Shown: positions 37,171-45,939 of the stretch, one piece after another
How positions within the stretch are numbered: the stretch's first letter is position 1
How the letters are laid out: every line of letters starts with the position of its first letter
Source: Candidatus Sericytochromatia bacterium
GTDB lineage: Bacteria > Cyanobacteriota > Sericytochromatia > S15B-MN24 > JAQBPE01
Length of the DNA stretch: 48,784 bases
Reading direction: 5' to 3'
Assembly: GCA_035285125.1 (NCBI GenBank)
Contig: JAYKHR010000162.1
Location: 1 to 48,784, forward strand
Program-made: the position numbers and the translations under genes
Notes under the pieces: generated by a model
What the model was told of the DNA's origin: nothing
What the model saw: the letters and a program-made list of their open reading frames with translations, nothing else
Database searches by the model: none

Positions 37171-37920
37171 CTACAGGTCAAGCTCGCCAGTCCGGAAGGT
37201 CCGCACCTTGAAGCGGGTGAAGGTCTGCACCTGGCTGTCGCCGTTGTGCCTAGCCAGTGCCATGTAGTAGGCGAAGCTGGGCCCCTCTCCCAGTCCGACC
37301 AGCACCGTGGCACCCGGCAGCGGCGAGCGCGGCCCCTGGGCCTCGAAGCAGCGCAGCGGGCGCCCGTCCATCACGCGTCCCGGCACCTCGCGCACGGCGC
37401 TGGCCGGGTCCACCAAGGCGGCTAGGAACCGCTCCGGCGTGACCTGGTCAGGGTACAGCCCCAGCAGGCCGCGGGACTGGCTCGAGCGAGCAGGGACCTC
37501 CATGCTGATGAACGACACCGCGCCGGGCAGCCGCACGCGGACCTTGTCCCCGCCCGTGTCGCGCACCTTGAAGCCGCGCGGGATCGCGGTGCTGTCCAGC
37601 ACCTCGAGCAGTGACACGCGGGGCTGTTGCTGGAACTTCATGGTGTAGGCGGACCTGCGCCGCTCGCCCGCCTGGCGCTCCTCGTTGACGTAGTGCGCCT
37701 CGAAGGACGTCGTCTGCGAGATGCCGGCGGCCAGCGTGCTCAGCGCGAGCCGGACGGGATCCTGCCCGGGAATGGCCGGTACGGGCGCAGGCAGGGTCTG
37801 CGGCGGCAGCACCACGGGGGTAGCCGGGTCCCGAGCGGGCACGCGCGCCGTCGGGGCCTGGGAACATCCGAGGAGGAGCAATGAGGCAGCCACGACGGTG
37901 TGGCGAGCAAGCAAGCGCAT
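37171..37920 (-). CDS. Lipoprotein, LolA-like fold
   Basis: Lipobox LLGC and a pattern resembling LolA/sorting proteins (FEAHY...MDGRPLRCFE). Confidence 0.6.
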   Translation of the reverse strand: MRLLARHTVVAASLLLLGCSQAPTARVPARDPATPVVLPPQTLPAPVPAIPGQDPVRLALSTLAAGISQTTSFEAHYVNEERQAGERRRSAYTMKFQQQPRVSLLEVLDSTAIPRGFKVRDTGGDKVRVRLPGAVSFISMEVPARSSQSRGLLGLYPDQVTPERFLAALVDPASAVREVPGRVMDGRPLRCFEAQGPRSPLPGATVLVGLGEGPSFAYYMALARHNGDSQVQTFTRFKVRTFRTGELDL

Positions 37921-38040
37921 GAGGGTGCTTCCAGGGTATGCGAAGCGGGATCGGCCGTCAAATGGCCGCCTACGGCAGGCCCCTTGCAACGCGGCGCCCC
38001 ACCCGGCAGGGAGGAGCGCCGCAGCTGCTGTGGTGCGCGT

Positions 38041-39249
38041 TCAGCGCGTCGGCGGGGAGGCCAGGATCTGCTGGATGGCGGCGCGCGCGGCCTGCTGCGC
38101 CTGGGTGCTCTGGCCCGGGTTGCGGACCACAGCATCGAGGTAGCGCAGCGCGTCCATCTCGCGGGCACCCATCTGGCCGAGCAGCTGGATGGCTGCCGTG
38201 ACGGTGGTGGGGTCGTACTTGGTGGCGATGTGGGTGATCATCACCCGCACCACTTCCTGGCGAAGCGGCCCGTTGGCGCGGGGGTCCGGACCCAGGGCCG
38301 CGCGGATCTGTCCGAAGGCCTGCATGCCAGAGGCTCCGCCGCGGCCGAGCTCGAACTCCATGGCCCGGACGAACTCGGGCGTCATCGTGGGCGACGCGCT
38401 GGCCGCCCCGGGGCCGCCCTGGGGCTGGGTGGACATCTGGGTGAGCAAGCTGACGGCCAGCGCCTTGGTGTCGGCCTGGTAGCTGGCGTCGCGCTGGACC
38501 ATCTGCATGTAAGGCACCAGCTGGGGGTTGCCCATCGAGCCGAGGGCCTTCAAGGCCTCGGTCACGCTGCCGTCCCGCTTGTGGTAGACGTGGTTCAGCA
38601 GCAGGTTGTAAGCCTGCTCCTTGAGTTGCGGGTTGGCCTGCACGGCCGCCATGATCTGGCGGACGGCCTGCACGCCGATGTCCCCGCCGCGGCTCAGGTC
38701 GGTCTGCGCGGTCTGCATCACGAAGGCGGCGTCGGCCGGGTTCATCGGGCCGGCCACCCCGGGGTTGTAGGTGGGGATCGGGCTGGCCTGGGGCGGCTGG
38801 TACGCGGGACCGCCCTGGGGGGCCGCGCCGGGGATCCCGGGTTGGGCTGCGCCAGGGTAGCCGGGCTGGGCCGCGCCGGGGTTGCTTGGGTTGCTTGCCA
38901 TCTGGCTCATGACCTGCACGGCCTGGGTGGCGAGTTGGATCACCTGGGGGTCCTGGCCGGGCGTGTTCAGCAAGGCCTGCAGCCGAGGCAGAGCGTCAGC
39001 CGGGGCCATCTTGGTGAGATTCACGATCGCGCGGTAGCGGTCGCTGACGTTGGGCGAGCGCATCAGCTGTTCGGTCTGCGCGAGCAGGGCCGGGTCCGTC
39101 CCCGAGCCGCCGAGGGGGCTGCCCAGCGAGAGCTGGTCGGCCGGGTAGGAGGTGCCTGCCGCGCCGCCCGTCAGCGGTCGCTGCTGCAGGAGGCGGTACT
39201 TGGGCGCGGTGACATGGGACGCCCCGATCGGCGAGTTGAGGTCAGGCAT
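38041..39249 (-). CDS. HEAT-repeat protein with Pro/Gln-rich linkers; candidate secreted substrate
   Basis: HEAT-like helices (RYRAIVNL, ALKALGSMG, AAIQLLGQMG), PGAAQPG repeats, GGAGGAG RBS. Confidence 0.8.
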   Translation of the reverse strand: MPDLNSPIGASHVTAPKYRLLQQRPLTGGAAGTSYPADQLSLGSPLGGSGTDPALLAQTEQLMRSPNVSDRYRAIVNLTKMAPADALPRLQALLNTPGQDPQVIQLATQAVQVMSQMASNPSNPGAAQPGYPGAAQPGIPGAAPQGGPAYQPPQASPIPTYNPGVAGPMNPADAAFVMQTAQTDLSRGGDIGVQAVRQIMAAVQANPQLKEQAYNLLLNHVYHKRDGSVTEALKALGSMGNPQLVPYMQMVQRDASYQADTKALAVSLLTQMSTQPQGGPGAASASPTMTPEFVRAMEFELGRGGASGMQAFGQIRAALGPDPRANGPLRQEVVRVMITHIATKYDPTTVTAAIQLLGQMGAREMDALRYLDAVVRNPGQSTQAQQAARAAIQQILASPPTR

Positions 39250-39304
39250 CGGTCTCCTCCGGGTGTGGCAGGCCCCTTGGGCCAGGATGACAGGGGCGCC
39301 GGTG

Positions 39305-39571
39305 TCAGCCGCGGTTCACCTGGGCGGCAGCGGTGAGGGCCTCGTTGAGGGTGCGCAGGAAGGCCTGCATCGACTCCATGAACTGGCCGGGGGCAGCCTG
39401 CGCGTCGCGTTGCGCATCGGTGCGGAGGTCGAGCCCGAGGAACTGGTTCGGGATGCCGAAGCCAGCGATCTGGATGCCCCCGACGTAGCCCGCATTTTGG
39501 GCCTTGTTCTGGAGGTTGTCGTGGGCAGAGTAGAGGTTGTTGACCATCTTCTGCGAGTCGATGTTGCTCAT
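39305..39571 (-). CDS. Small protein (88 aa): helix, Gly-rich hydrophobic loop, amphipathic helix
   Basis: AAGGAGG RBS and strong codon bias. Confidence 0.75.
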   Translation of the reverse strand: MSNIDSQKMVNNLYSAHDNLQNKAQNAGYVGGIQIAGFGIPNQFLGLDLRTDAQRDAQAAPGQFMESMQAFLRTLNEALTAAAQVNRG

Positions 39572-39625
39572 CCCGGGCCTCCTTCGATTGTCAGCGCGGC
39601 TCGCGCCGGCTTCACACTCTGATCT

Positions 39626-39683
39626 TGTTCCACCATCGGCGGCTGAACTTGCGCCTGGTCATCGGGTTTTAACCGACCTTTAA
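39626..39683 (-). promoter_or_regulatory. TTAA-N7-TTAA box with a weak sigma28-like promoter
   Basis: TTAA ccgacct TTAA (39669-39683) and minus strand GCAAGTTC-N11-GTGGAACA. Confidence 0.55.
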
Positions 39684-39692
39684 ATCGGCCCC

Positions 39693-40628
39693 TCAGGGCT
39701 TCACGCCCGCCTTCTTCAGCAGGGCCTTGGCCCGATCCGCGGAGCCGGGATCTGCTTCCTTCACGACCTGGCGAAGGTTGTGGATCGTCAGCTCGGTGAA
39801 CGGCGGCTTGTGGGCGCCCAGGGCATCGAGAACGGCGTGCAGTGGCGCGTTGCGGTAGACGGCGCCGGAGGCGACCGGGCTCTCGCCGATGGCGTCCCGC
39901 GCCTTGGGGTGCGGGATGCGGGCCAGCGCCTGGGCGGTGGCGACCAGCTTCCTCTCGCCGCTGGTCCTGCCGCGCAGGGCCGCCACCAGCGTGTCCAGCG
40001 TGGCGGGGTTCTGCAGCAACGCGGGCTTGCTGGCGAGGTGGTCGATCAGCAGCCCCTGCTGGGCATCCGAGCCGTACAGGTCGGTCAGGGTCAGCCTCAG
40101 AATGCCAGGCAAGTCGGCCGGGGTGCCGAAGTGGACCATGGTGATCGCAGCCTTCAGCTTGGCCTCGTACATCGCCTGCGAGTTCGCGCGCGGCACCTGG
40201 TTGAGGGCCCGCATCGCATCGACCATGCCGGGCTCCCGGATGCGCTTGGCGACCACGCTTGCCACCAGGTTGAGCGCGCGATCGTTCTGGAACGAGAGGT
40301 CGGTGAACAGCGCCGTTGCGAGCGCCGCGGCCTGGGCCGCGGGCAACCGCTCGATCTCCAGCGCCGCGTTGCCCATGGTCTGCCACCCCTGCAGCCTTGC
40401 CATCAGGTCGCTGTGAGTGACGGCGGCCTGGTAGGCGGACGGGGGCATGACGGGCTGGTTGGGCAGGTCGCCACCCGTGCCACCTGCTGGCTCGGTGCCG
40501 CCTGCGTAGCTGTCTCTGCCCAGCGGGGGCAGGGGCGGCAGCGCCGGCACGGGCACGGGCGGGGGAGGTGGCACGGCCGCGAGCGGCTGGAACGGAGCGC
40601 CCCCTGGCGTCTGGTCGATTGGGGTCAT
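39693..40628 (-). CDS. HEAT-like helical protein with Pro-rich N-terminus; candidate secreted substrate
   Basis: GAGGTG RBS, MTPIDQ...LGRDSY N-terminus, helical repeats. Confidence 0.75.
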   Translation of the reverse strand: MTPIDQTPGGAPFQPLAAVPPPPPVPVPALPPLPPLGRDSYAGGTEPAGGTGGDLPNQPVMPPSAYQAAVTHSDLMARLQGWQTMGNAALEIERLPAAQAAALATALFTDLSFQNDRALNLVASVVAKRIREPGMVDAMRALNQVPRANSQAMYEAKLKAAITMVHFGTPADLPGILRLTLTDLYGSDAQQGLLIDHLASKPALLQNPATLDTLVAALRGRTSGERKLVATAQALARIPHPKARDAIGESPVASGAVYRNAPLHAVLDALGAHKPPFTELTIHNLRQVVKEADPGSADRAKALLKKAGVKP

Positions 40629-40694
40629 CGTCTCACCTCGCTGGGCCTGCCGGCCCTGGGAGTTACTCGTCGTCGCCCGACGCAGAACCTGACG

Positions 40695-40709
40695 TTAAAC
40701 CTTGGTTAG
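40695..40709. promoter_or_regulatory. TTAA-N7-TTAG box
   Basis: Upstream of the 40628 start, adjacent to a TCAGGTTC -35-like element. Confidence 0.55.
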
Positions 40710-40725
40710 CTTGTTGCGCCGCGCC

Positions 40726-42489
40726 TTATTTGTACTGCCAGATCCCGCCGCCTGTCGTCAGGCCGAACCCCCGGAAGCGGGTCGAGCCACCCGTGACGTC
40801 GAAGTTGATCTGCAGCGCCTTGAACGTCGTCACGCGGGAGTCCGGGAACAGGCGCCAGGAGGCCCCGGCGTCGGTGGTGTCGTAGACGTTGGAGGCGGCC
40901 AGGAACACGTTGTTCGTGTCGACGGGCGAGATCGCGGAGATTTCCCCAAGCTGGGCCAAGTAAGGGCCGTTCACGCTGGCGTTGTGCTCCCGCCAACGGT
41001 AGTTGTAGCCCTTCAGGCGGGTGAAGGTCGGCGTCGCGGCGTTGGCGTTCGCCGAGCGGTACAGGTGCCCCTGCCGGGTGCCTGCCCAGATCTCGCCGAC
41101 ACCGATGCTCGCCACGGAGGTGATCAGGCCGTCGCCGAAGTCCCGCTTGCCCGGCGGGTCGTTGGGATCGATGGCGCCCCCGGTGCTGACTTGTTGCACG
41201 CGGCGCCACCGATCTGCCGGGGCCGCGTCCACGTCCAGCCGGTAAATGCCGTCGCCGACGAAGTAGAACAGCGTCGGATCCGTCCGGAACCCCGTGCCCG
41301 CGCTGATGTTCCCCGGCCACTCGTCGGTGCGGTCGGGCGGCCGCGTCGGCTGCCGCACCCACGAGTTGCGGACGGTGGCGGCGTTCGGGTCGTTGGCCGC
41401 CTCCGAGCGGAAGCAGTTCCCGCCGGAGTCGCAAAAGGTCACGATCTGAGCGTTGGACACGATCAGGGCCTTCACATCCAGGAGGATGCCCGTCGGGCCG
41501 ATCTCCTGCCACGTCAGCCCGGCGTCCGTGGTGCGGAAGATCAAGCCGTTGGCCCCGCCCACGAAGCCGTTGGTGTCGGACACGAAGTGGACCTGCTGCA
41601 GGGCCTGCCACGTCGGGATGCCGCTGGAGCGGTTCACCAGCGTCGGCTCGTCGGTGCCCGTGCGGTCGTAGAGCATCACGGTGCCGCGGCCGCCCGCGAT
41701 CCAGCCCCGCGTGGTCGAGGTGAAGTGCAGCGCGTTCCAGTTGTTGCCAGCCACGGGGATCTTGACGGAGTCATAAGGCATCCAGACCTCTCGGGGGGGC
41801 ACGGGGACGCCCTCCTGAGGCGGTGGGGGAGAGGCCGCCGGCAGCGGCGACGCCGGCAGGATCACGGGCGGGGGCGTCGGGGTAGCGAGCACGACGGGTT
41901 GCAGAGGCACCACCGTGGGCGCTGGCCTGGGGGCTGCCGTCGCCACGGGCTGAGCGAGCACCGGGGTGGCTGCGCCCGGCGATGCGGCGGGCGCGTTGGG
42001 GTTCGTCGCCACCGTTGGCGGGTTGGGCACGATGGCGCCGAGGGGCGAGGGGATGGCGAAGCCTGAGCCGCGACCGGCAGCAGCGGGTCGGACCTCGATG
42101 GCTCCCTGGGAGGCCACGCGGCCCTGGCCGTTGACGGTGAAGCGCTGGGTGGCCGTGGCCGTGAGGCCATCCGAGTTCGAGACCTCCAGCGTGGCCTCGT
42201 ACGTGCCGGCCTGCGTGGGAACCTTCCACTGTACGGAGCGTCCCTGGTTCTGAGACAGCTGCCCGGCGTCTACCCGCCAGCGGAACGTCAGGGCCTTGTT
42301 GCCGGGGTCCGTGGCCCTGGCCGTGAGCGAGACGAAGCTGTCTCCTTGCTCCCTCAGGTCGATGCCCGCGATCACCGGGCCGTTGGCCAGCTGTGCGGCC
42401 TGGGTCGCTGCGGTCGTGGGGCCCTCGTCCGTACAGGCTGCCGCGCCCAGCGCCGCCAGCAGCAGCCACGGGGCCAGCGCGCGCCTCAC
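40726..42489 (-). CDS. Lipoprotein with PKD/Ig-like domain and YCF48/BNR-type beta-propeller
   Basis: Lipobox AAAC, ATDPGNKALTFRW...GTYEATLEVSNSDG, and TTDAGLTW / TTDAGASW Asp-box repeats. Confidence 0.85.
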   Translation of the reverse strand: MRRALAPWLLLAALGAAACTDEGPTTAATQAAQLANGPVIAGIDLREQGDSFVSLTARATDPGNKALTFRWRVDAGQLSQNQGRSVQWKVPTQAGTYEATLEVSNSDGLTATATQRFTVNGQGRVASQGAIEVRPAAAGRGSGFAIPSPLGAIVPNPPTVATNPNAPAASPGAATPVLAQPVATAAPRPAPTVVPLQPVVLATPTPPPVILPASPLPAASPPPPQEGVPVPPREVWMPYDSVKIPVAGNNWNALHFTSTTRGWIAGGRGTVMLYDRTGTDEPTLVNRSSGIPTWQALQQVHFVSDTNGFVGGANGLIFRTTDAGLTWQEIGPTGILLDVKALIVSNAQIVTFCDSGGNCFRSEAANDPNAATVRNSWVRQPTRPPDRTDEWPGNISAGTGFRTDPTLFYFVGDGIYRLDVDAAPADRWRRVQQVSTGGAIDPNDPPGKRDFGDGLITSVASIGVGEIWAGTRQGHLYRSANANAATPTFTRLKGYNYRWREHNASVNGPYLAQLGEISAISPVDTNNVFLAASNVYDTTDAGASWRLFPDSRVTTFKALQINFDVTGGSTRFRGFGLTTGGGIWQYK

Positions 42490-42498
42490 GCGACGAAC

Positions 42499-43305
42499 CT
42501 ACTTGACCAGGCCGAGGGCGTCGTCATTGGTCTTGTTGAACTCCGTGAGCATGTCCTTGAAGATCTTGTAGGTCTGGACCGCCGTGAAGGTCTCTGCCTG
42601 AAAGATGGCCGCCCAGCCGATGCGGTCCGGCATCTCGATGGAGTTGGCCTGCACGAAACCGACCTCCGGCTGCCGCCCGTTCGGGAACACGCTGAGCGGG
42701 CCCGTGGCGCCGTTCGGGGCGTAGGTCGTCACGCCGTAGCCGCTGATGGTCAGCTGGCTCGGGTCGGGGACCTTGGCCAGCGAGACCGTCGGCAGGCTGA
42801 CGGTGCCGTCGCCCGGGTTGCGGATGAAGGGCGGCGGTCCCACCAGGCGGCCGTCGGCGTCCACGTTGACGCGGCCGCTGCCGCCAACGACGAACAGGCC
42901 GTCAGCGTTGATGAGGCGCCCCTGGGCGTCGTAGCGGAAGTCGCCGTTGCGCGTCAGGAAGACCTTCGCACCTGGCCTGTCGTTCTCCGCCAACATGAAG
43001 AAACCTGCGCCGCGAATGGCCAGCGCAGAGGGCGTGAAGGCCGGGTCGATGGTGCCCTGCTCGAACTCGAGCGAGGTGTGCCCGATGGTCAGGGAGTCGC
43101 CACCGCCGCCAATCGGGTTGCCGCCGCCGCGGGCCTGCTGTGCGAGGCGCTCGCCGCCGTGGGTCGTGCCCCCCGTGGTCCCGAGGTGCCGCTTCTGCTT
43201 GTTGTAGCCGGGAATGAGCAGGCCCTGAACGTTCTGGACCAGGGTCTGCTGCAGCGCGTCCACCGCACGGAAGCCGGCCAGGATGTTGTACTGAAAGCTG
43301 CTCAC
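42499..43305 (-). CDS. Divergent flagellar hook-basal body rod protein (FlgF/FlgG-like)
   Basis: FEQGTI...LAIRGAGFF...FLTRNGDFRYDAQGRLINADGLFVVG matches the FlgE/F/G D1 core. Terminal D0 motifs are altered. Confidence 0.85.
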   Translation of the reverse strand: MSSFQYNILAGFRAVDALQQTLVQNVQGLLIPGYNKQKRHLGTTGGTTHGGERLAQQARGGGNPIGGGGDSLTIGHTSLEFEQGTIDPAFTPSALAIRGAGFFMLAENDRPGAKVFLTRNGDFRYDAQGRLINADGLFVVGGSGRVNVDADGRLVGPPPFIRNPGDGTVSLPTVSLAKVPDPSQLTISGYGVTTYAPNGATGPLSVFPNGRQPEVGFVQANSIEMPDRIGWAAIFQAETFTAVQTYKIFKDMLTEFNKTNDDALGLVK

Positions 43306-43392
43306 GAACCCGCCACCAACCGCGTCAGGGTGCCGCTTTCACCTTACCCGGTTGGCCGGGGCGCTAATCGGCGATCCCCGTCACACGCGGCC

Positions 43393-44718
43393 TCAGGCCT
43401 GCTCGTGCGGCCGCTGCTGCTCGGTGGCGGGGGGCTCGGACGGCAGTGGTCCCGTCTGGTGCCGCTGCGCAAGGGCGTAGTCGAGGTAGTTGCCGCCTGC
43501 CGGCAGCGCCCGCGTCAGGGTCTCCTGTTCGCGCTTGGGGTTCACCACGGCCTGTCGCAGCAGGCTCGCCGCCAGGCGCGTCCCGGCCTTTAGCCGCAGC
43601 GTCATCGGCATGGGGGCCGGCCGCTTGTCGTAGTAGGTGTCGAGCACCAGCCGCTGGAGGTCGCGTTCCCAGGCGAGGTCCACGAGGGCCTCCCGCCGCT
43701 TGTCGTGGCTGAAGAAGGTTTGCTCGAAGGCCTGGATGGCCTTCATGTACGGGGTGTAGGCGGCTTCGAAGCGCTCCTGGTACTCCGCGAGCCGGTCCGG
43801 TGTCGGCATGTGCTGGTGCTCTGCCACGACCTCGGCGGCCAGACGACCGGAGACGGCGGCGAAGTAGAGCCCGTCGAGCGTGGTGCCGTCGTTGAGGCCC
43901 GCCGCGTCGCCGATGAACATCACGCGGTCGTGCACCAGCCGCTGGCGGCGGCTCCAAGGGAAGTAGAAGGCGGAGCGGCCCACCACGGAGGTGCCGTCGA
44001 GGTGGCGCCCCAGCCGGTTGCGCAGCCTGTTCGCGAGGTCCTTGACGCGGCGCCCCCGCTTCGCGTGGGTCGTCACCCCTAGAAGCCAGCGATCCTCCGC
44101 GGGCATCAACCAGCCGAAGCGCTCCGGGGCGACCTTCCGGCCCAGATGCACCAGCAAGGACTCCGGCTGCCGCACGAGGCCGCCGGGGGCAGAGAGCTGC
44201 TCCATGTAGGCCAGCCCGAGTTCCATCGGAGGAAGCCCGAGCGCGCGGGCGACGCGGGAGTGCACGCCATCCGCCGCAATGACCACGTCCGCTGCGAGAC
44301 GCTCCCGCGGGCCGCCCCCCAGGGGGCTGATCTCGAGCAACGGGTAGTCGCCGTCCCCGTGCAGGAAGCGCCGGAAGGCCGCGTGCTTGAACACGACGCC
44401 CGCCTCCTCTGCCCGCCGCCGCAGCAGCACGTGGAGCAGGTCGCGTCGCATGATGCCAGCCACCCTGTCAGGGCCGCCGAACGCGGCAAAGGCCACCCGC
44501 TGCGTGGGGGAGAACACCGCCACTTCGGTGATGCGCTGCGCGAGGAGCAGGTCCGGCGCCTCGAGGGCCTGCTTTACAGCAGGCGTTGCGAGGCCTGCGC
44601 AGGGCAGAAGCCTGTTGGGGTGGCTTTCGATCACGATCGTCGCCACCCGCGCGCGGGCGAGGGTCTCCGCCGCGATCAGGCCGGCGGGGCCGCCACCTAC
44701 GATGACGACTTGGAGCAT
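43393..44718 (-). CDS. Geranylgeranyl reductase family FAD oxidoreductase, ChlP/BchP-like
   Basis: GGGPAG, PCAG, RR.LL..LL.RRA, ADGVHS, FGWLMP and GDAAG motifs, with a ChlP-like C-terminal region. GGAGG RBS. Confidence 0.88.
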   Translation of the reverse strand: MLQVVIVGGGPAGLIAAETLARARVATIVIESHPNRLLPCAGLATPAVKQALEAPDLLLAQRITEVAVFSPTQRVAFAAFGGPDRVAGIMRRDLLHVLLRRRAEEAGVVFKHAAFRRFLHGDGDYPLLEISPLGGGPRERLAADVVIAADGVHSRVARALGLPPMELGLAYMEQLSAPGGLVRQPESLLVHLGRKVAPERFGWLMPAEDRWLLGVTTHAKRGRRVKDLANRLRNRLGRHLDGTSVVGRSAFYFPWSRRQRLVHDRVMFIGDAAGLNDGTTLDGLYFAAVSGRLAAEVVAEHQHMPTPDRLAEYQERFEAAYTPYMKAIQAFEQTFFSHDKRREALVDLAWERDLQRLVLDTYYDKRPAPMPMTLRLKAGTRLAASLLRQAVVNPKREQETLTRALPAGGNYLDYALAQRHQTGPLPSEPPATEQQRPHEQA

Positions 44719-44816
44719 GGGGGCCTCCCCGAGGGCACGCAGCGCGGCGCGCCGGGACAACCCGTGCATTATGCCTGATGCCTCGGGTCCGGGCAATGCC
44801 CGGCTTGATGAGGAAC

Positions 44817-44849
44817 TTAACCTTGAATTCAACGGCCGTTTACCGATTG
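44817..44849 (+). promoter_or_regulatory. TTAA-N7-TTCA box overlapping a sigma28-like promoter
   Basis: TTGAATTC-N11-ACCGATTG (44823-44849) upstream of the amidase. Confidence 0.55.
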
Positions 44850-44899
44850 TGTGGGCCCCGGGCCTACAACCTTCGCGGTCGGGATCGAGGAGGCGCCGC

Positions 44900-45871
44900 A
44901 TGATTCATCGCCTGGGTGCCGCAGCACCGCCAGTTGTCCCGGGTGCCCCCCGGTCCGAACTGAGCGCCGCCGTCGAGGCCGTGGCCGCGCTGGCCCGTGA
45001 CGCCTACGCGCCCCTTGGTGCCAGCCGCATCCCGAAGCCGGCCGTCGTCTCGATGCCCTCGCCTCACCAGAGCAGCCGCGATGGGGCCGCGATCGACACG
45101 ATCGTGCTGCACCATACCGCCTCCAGCGGCACCGCGCAGGCCGTCGGCAGCTGGTTCCAGGAGCCGGCGAGCCGGGTTTCGGCCCACTACACCATCGGGA
45201 AGGACGGCACCATCGTGCAGTCGGTGGAGGACGCTTATCAGGCCTGGCATGCCGGCGAGTCCGAGTTCCGCGGGCGGGGCCGCGTCAACCAGTTCTCGCT
45301 CGGGATCGAGATCGTGAACGTGGGCGACGGGCAGGATCCCTACACCGACGCGCAGTACCAGGCCCTGGCGCGCCTGGTGGCCTTCATGGTGACCGAGTAC
45401 GGGATCCCCCGCGACCGCATCACCGGCCACAAGGACGTGGCGCTGCCCCGCGGGCGCAAGGTCGATCCTTCGGAGAACTTCAGCTATGCGCGCCTGAACG
45501 AACTGGTGGACGCGCTCCTGCAAGGGCGTCTGCCGGCTGCCACTGCCCCACTGTCCCCGCCGCCTCCCCCGGGCTGGCAGGCCCCCGGCGTGTTGTCCCC
45601 GCCGCCCCCGCCGCCTCCCCCGGGCTGGCAGGCCCCCGGCGTGGTGCCTTCCGCTCTGCCGCCCGTCGCCTGGCCGGGGGCGTTGCCAGCCCCGGCCGTC
45701 AGCCCTCCGCTTCCGGGCGCCTCTCCCGCGGCATTGCCTGCCGCGGCCGTCGCGACGTACCCCCTCAGCCCCTGGCAGTTGGCCCAGTTGGCGGCCGTTC
45801 AGCAACAGCTCGCCCTTGTGGCGGCCCGCCTGGAGGTGCTGGCGCGGGGGTACGGGGTGTCGGTCGCGTGA
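44900..45871 (+). CDS. N-acetylmuramoyl-L-alanine amidase (Amidase_2/AmpD-like) with Pro-rich and helical tail
   Basis: IVLHHTA, VSAHY, AWHAG, SLGIEI and GHKDVALPRGRKVDP motifs. GAGGAGG RBS. Confidence 0.92.
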   Translation: MIHRLGAAAPPVVPGAPRSELSAAVEAVAALARDAYAPLGASRIPKPAVVSMPSPHQSSRDGAAIDTIVLHHTASSGTAQAVGSWFQEPASRVSAHYTIGKDGTIVQSVEDAYQAWHAGESEFRGRGRVNQFSLGIEIVNVGDGQDPYTDAQYQALARLVAFMVTEYGIPRDRITGHKDVALPRGRKVDPSENFSYARLNELVDALLQGRLPAATAPLSPPPPPGWQAPGVLSPPPPPPPPGWQAPGVVPSALPPVAWPGALPAPAVSPPLPGASPAALPAAAVATYPLSPWQLAQLAAVQQQLALVAARLEVLARGYGVSVA

Positions 45872-45939
45872 CGGGCGGAGCCCAGCCCGTGCGGTGGGTA
45901 TAGCACCAGGGACGGCGCCGGAGGCCGTCTCGCTGAGCC

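Noticed and set aside
42499..43305. Part of a canonical flagellar operon
   Set aside because: No flgA/B/C/H/I/J or other flagellar gene is adjacent, so no flgF or flgG symbol was assigned.
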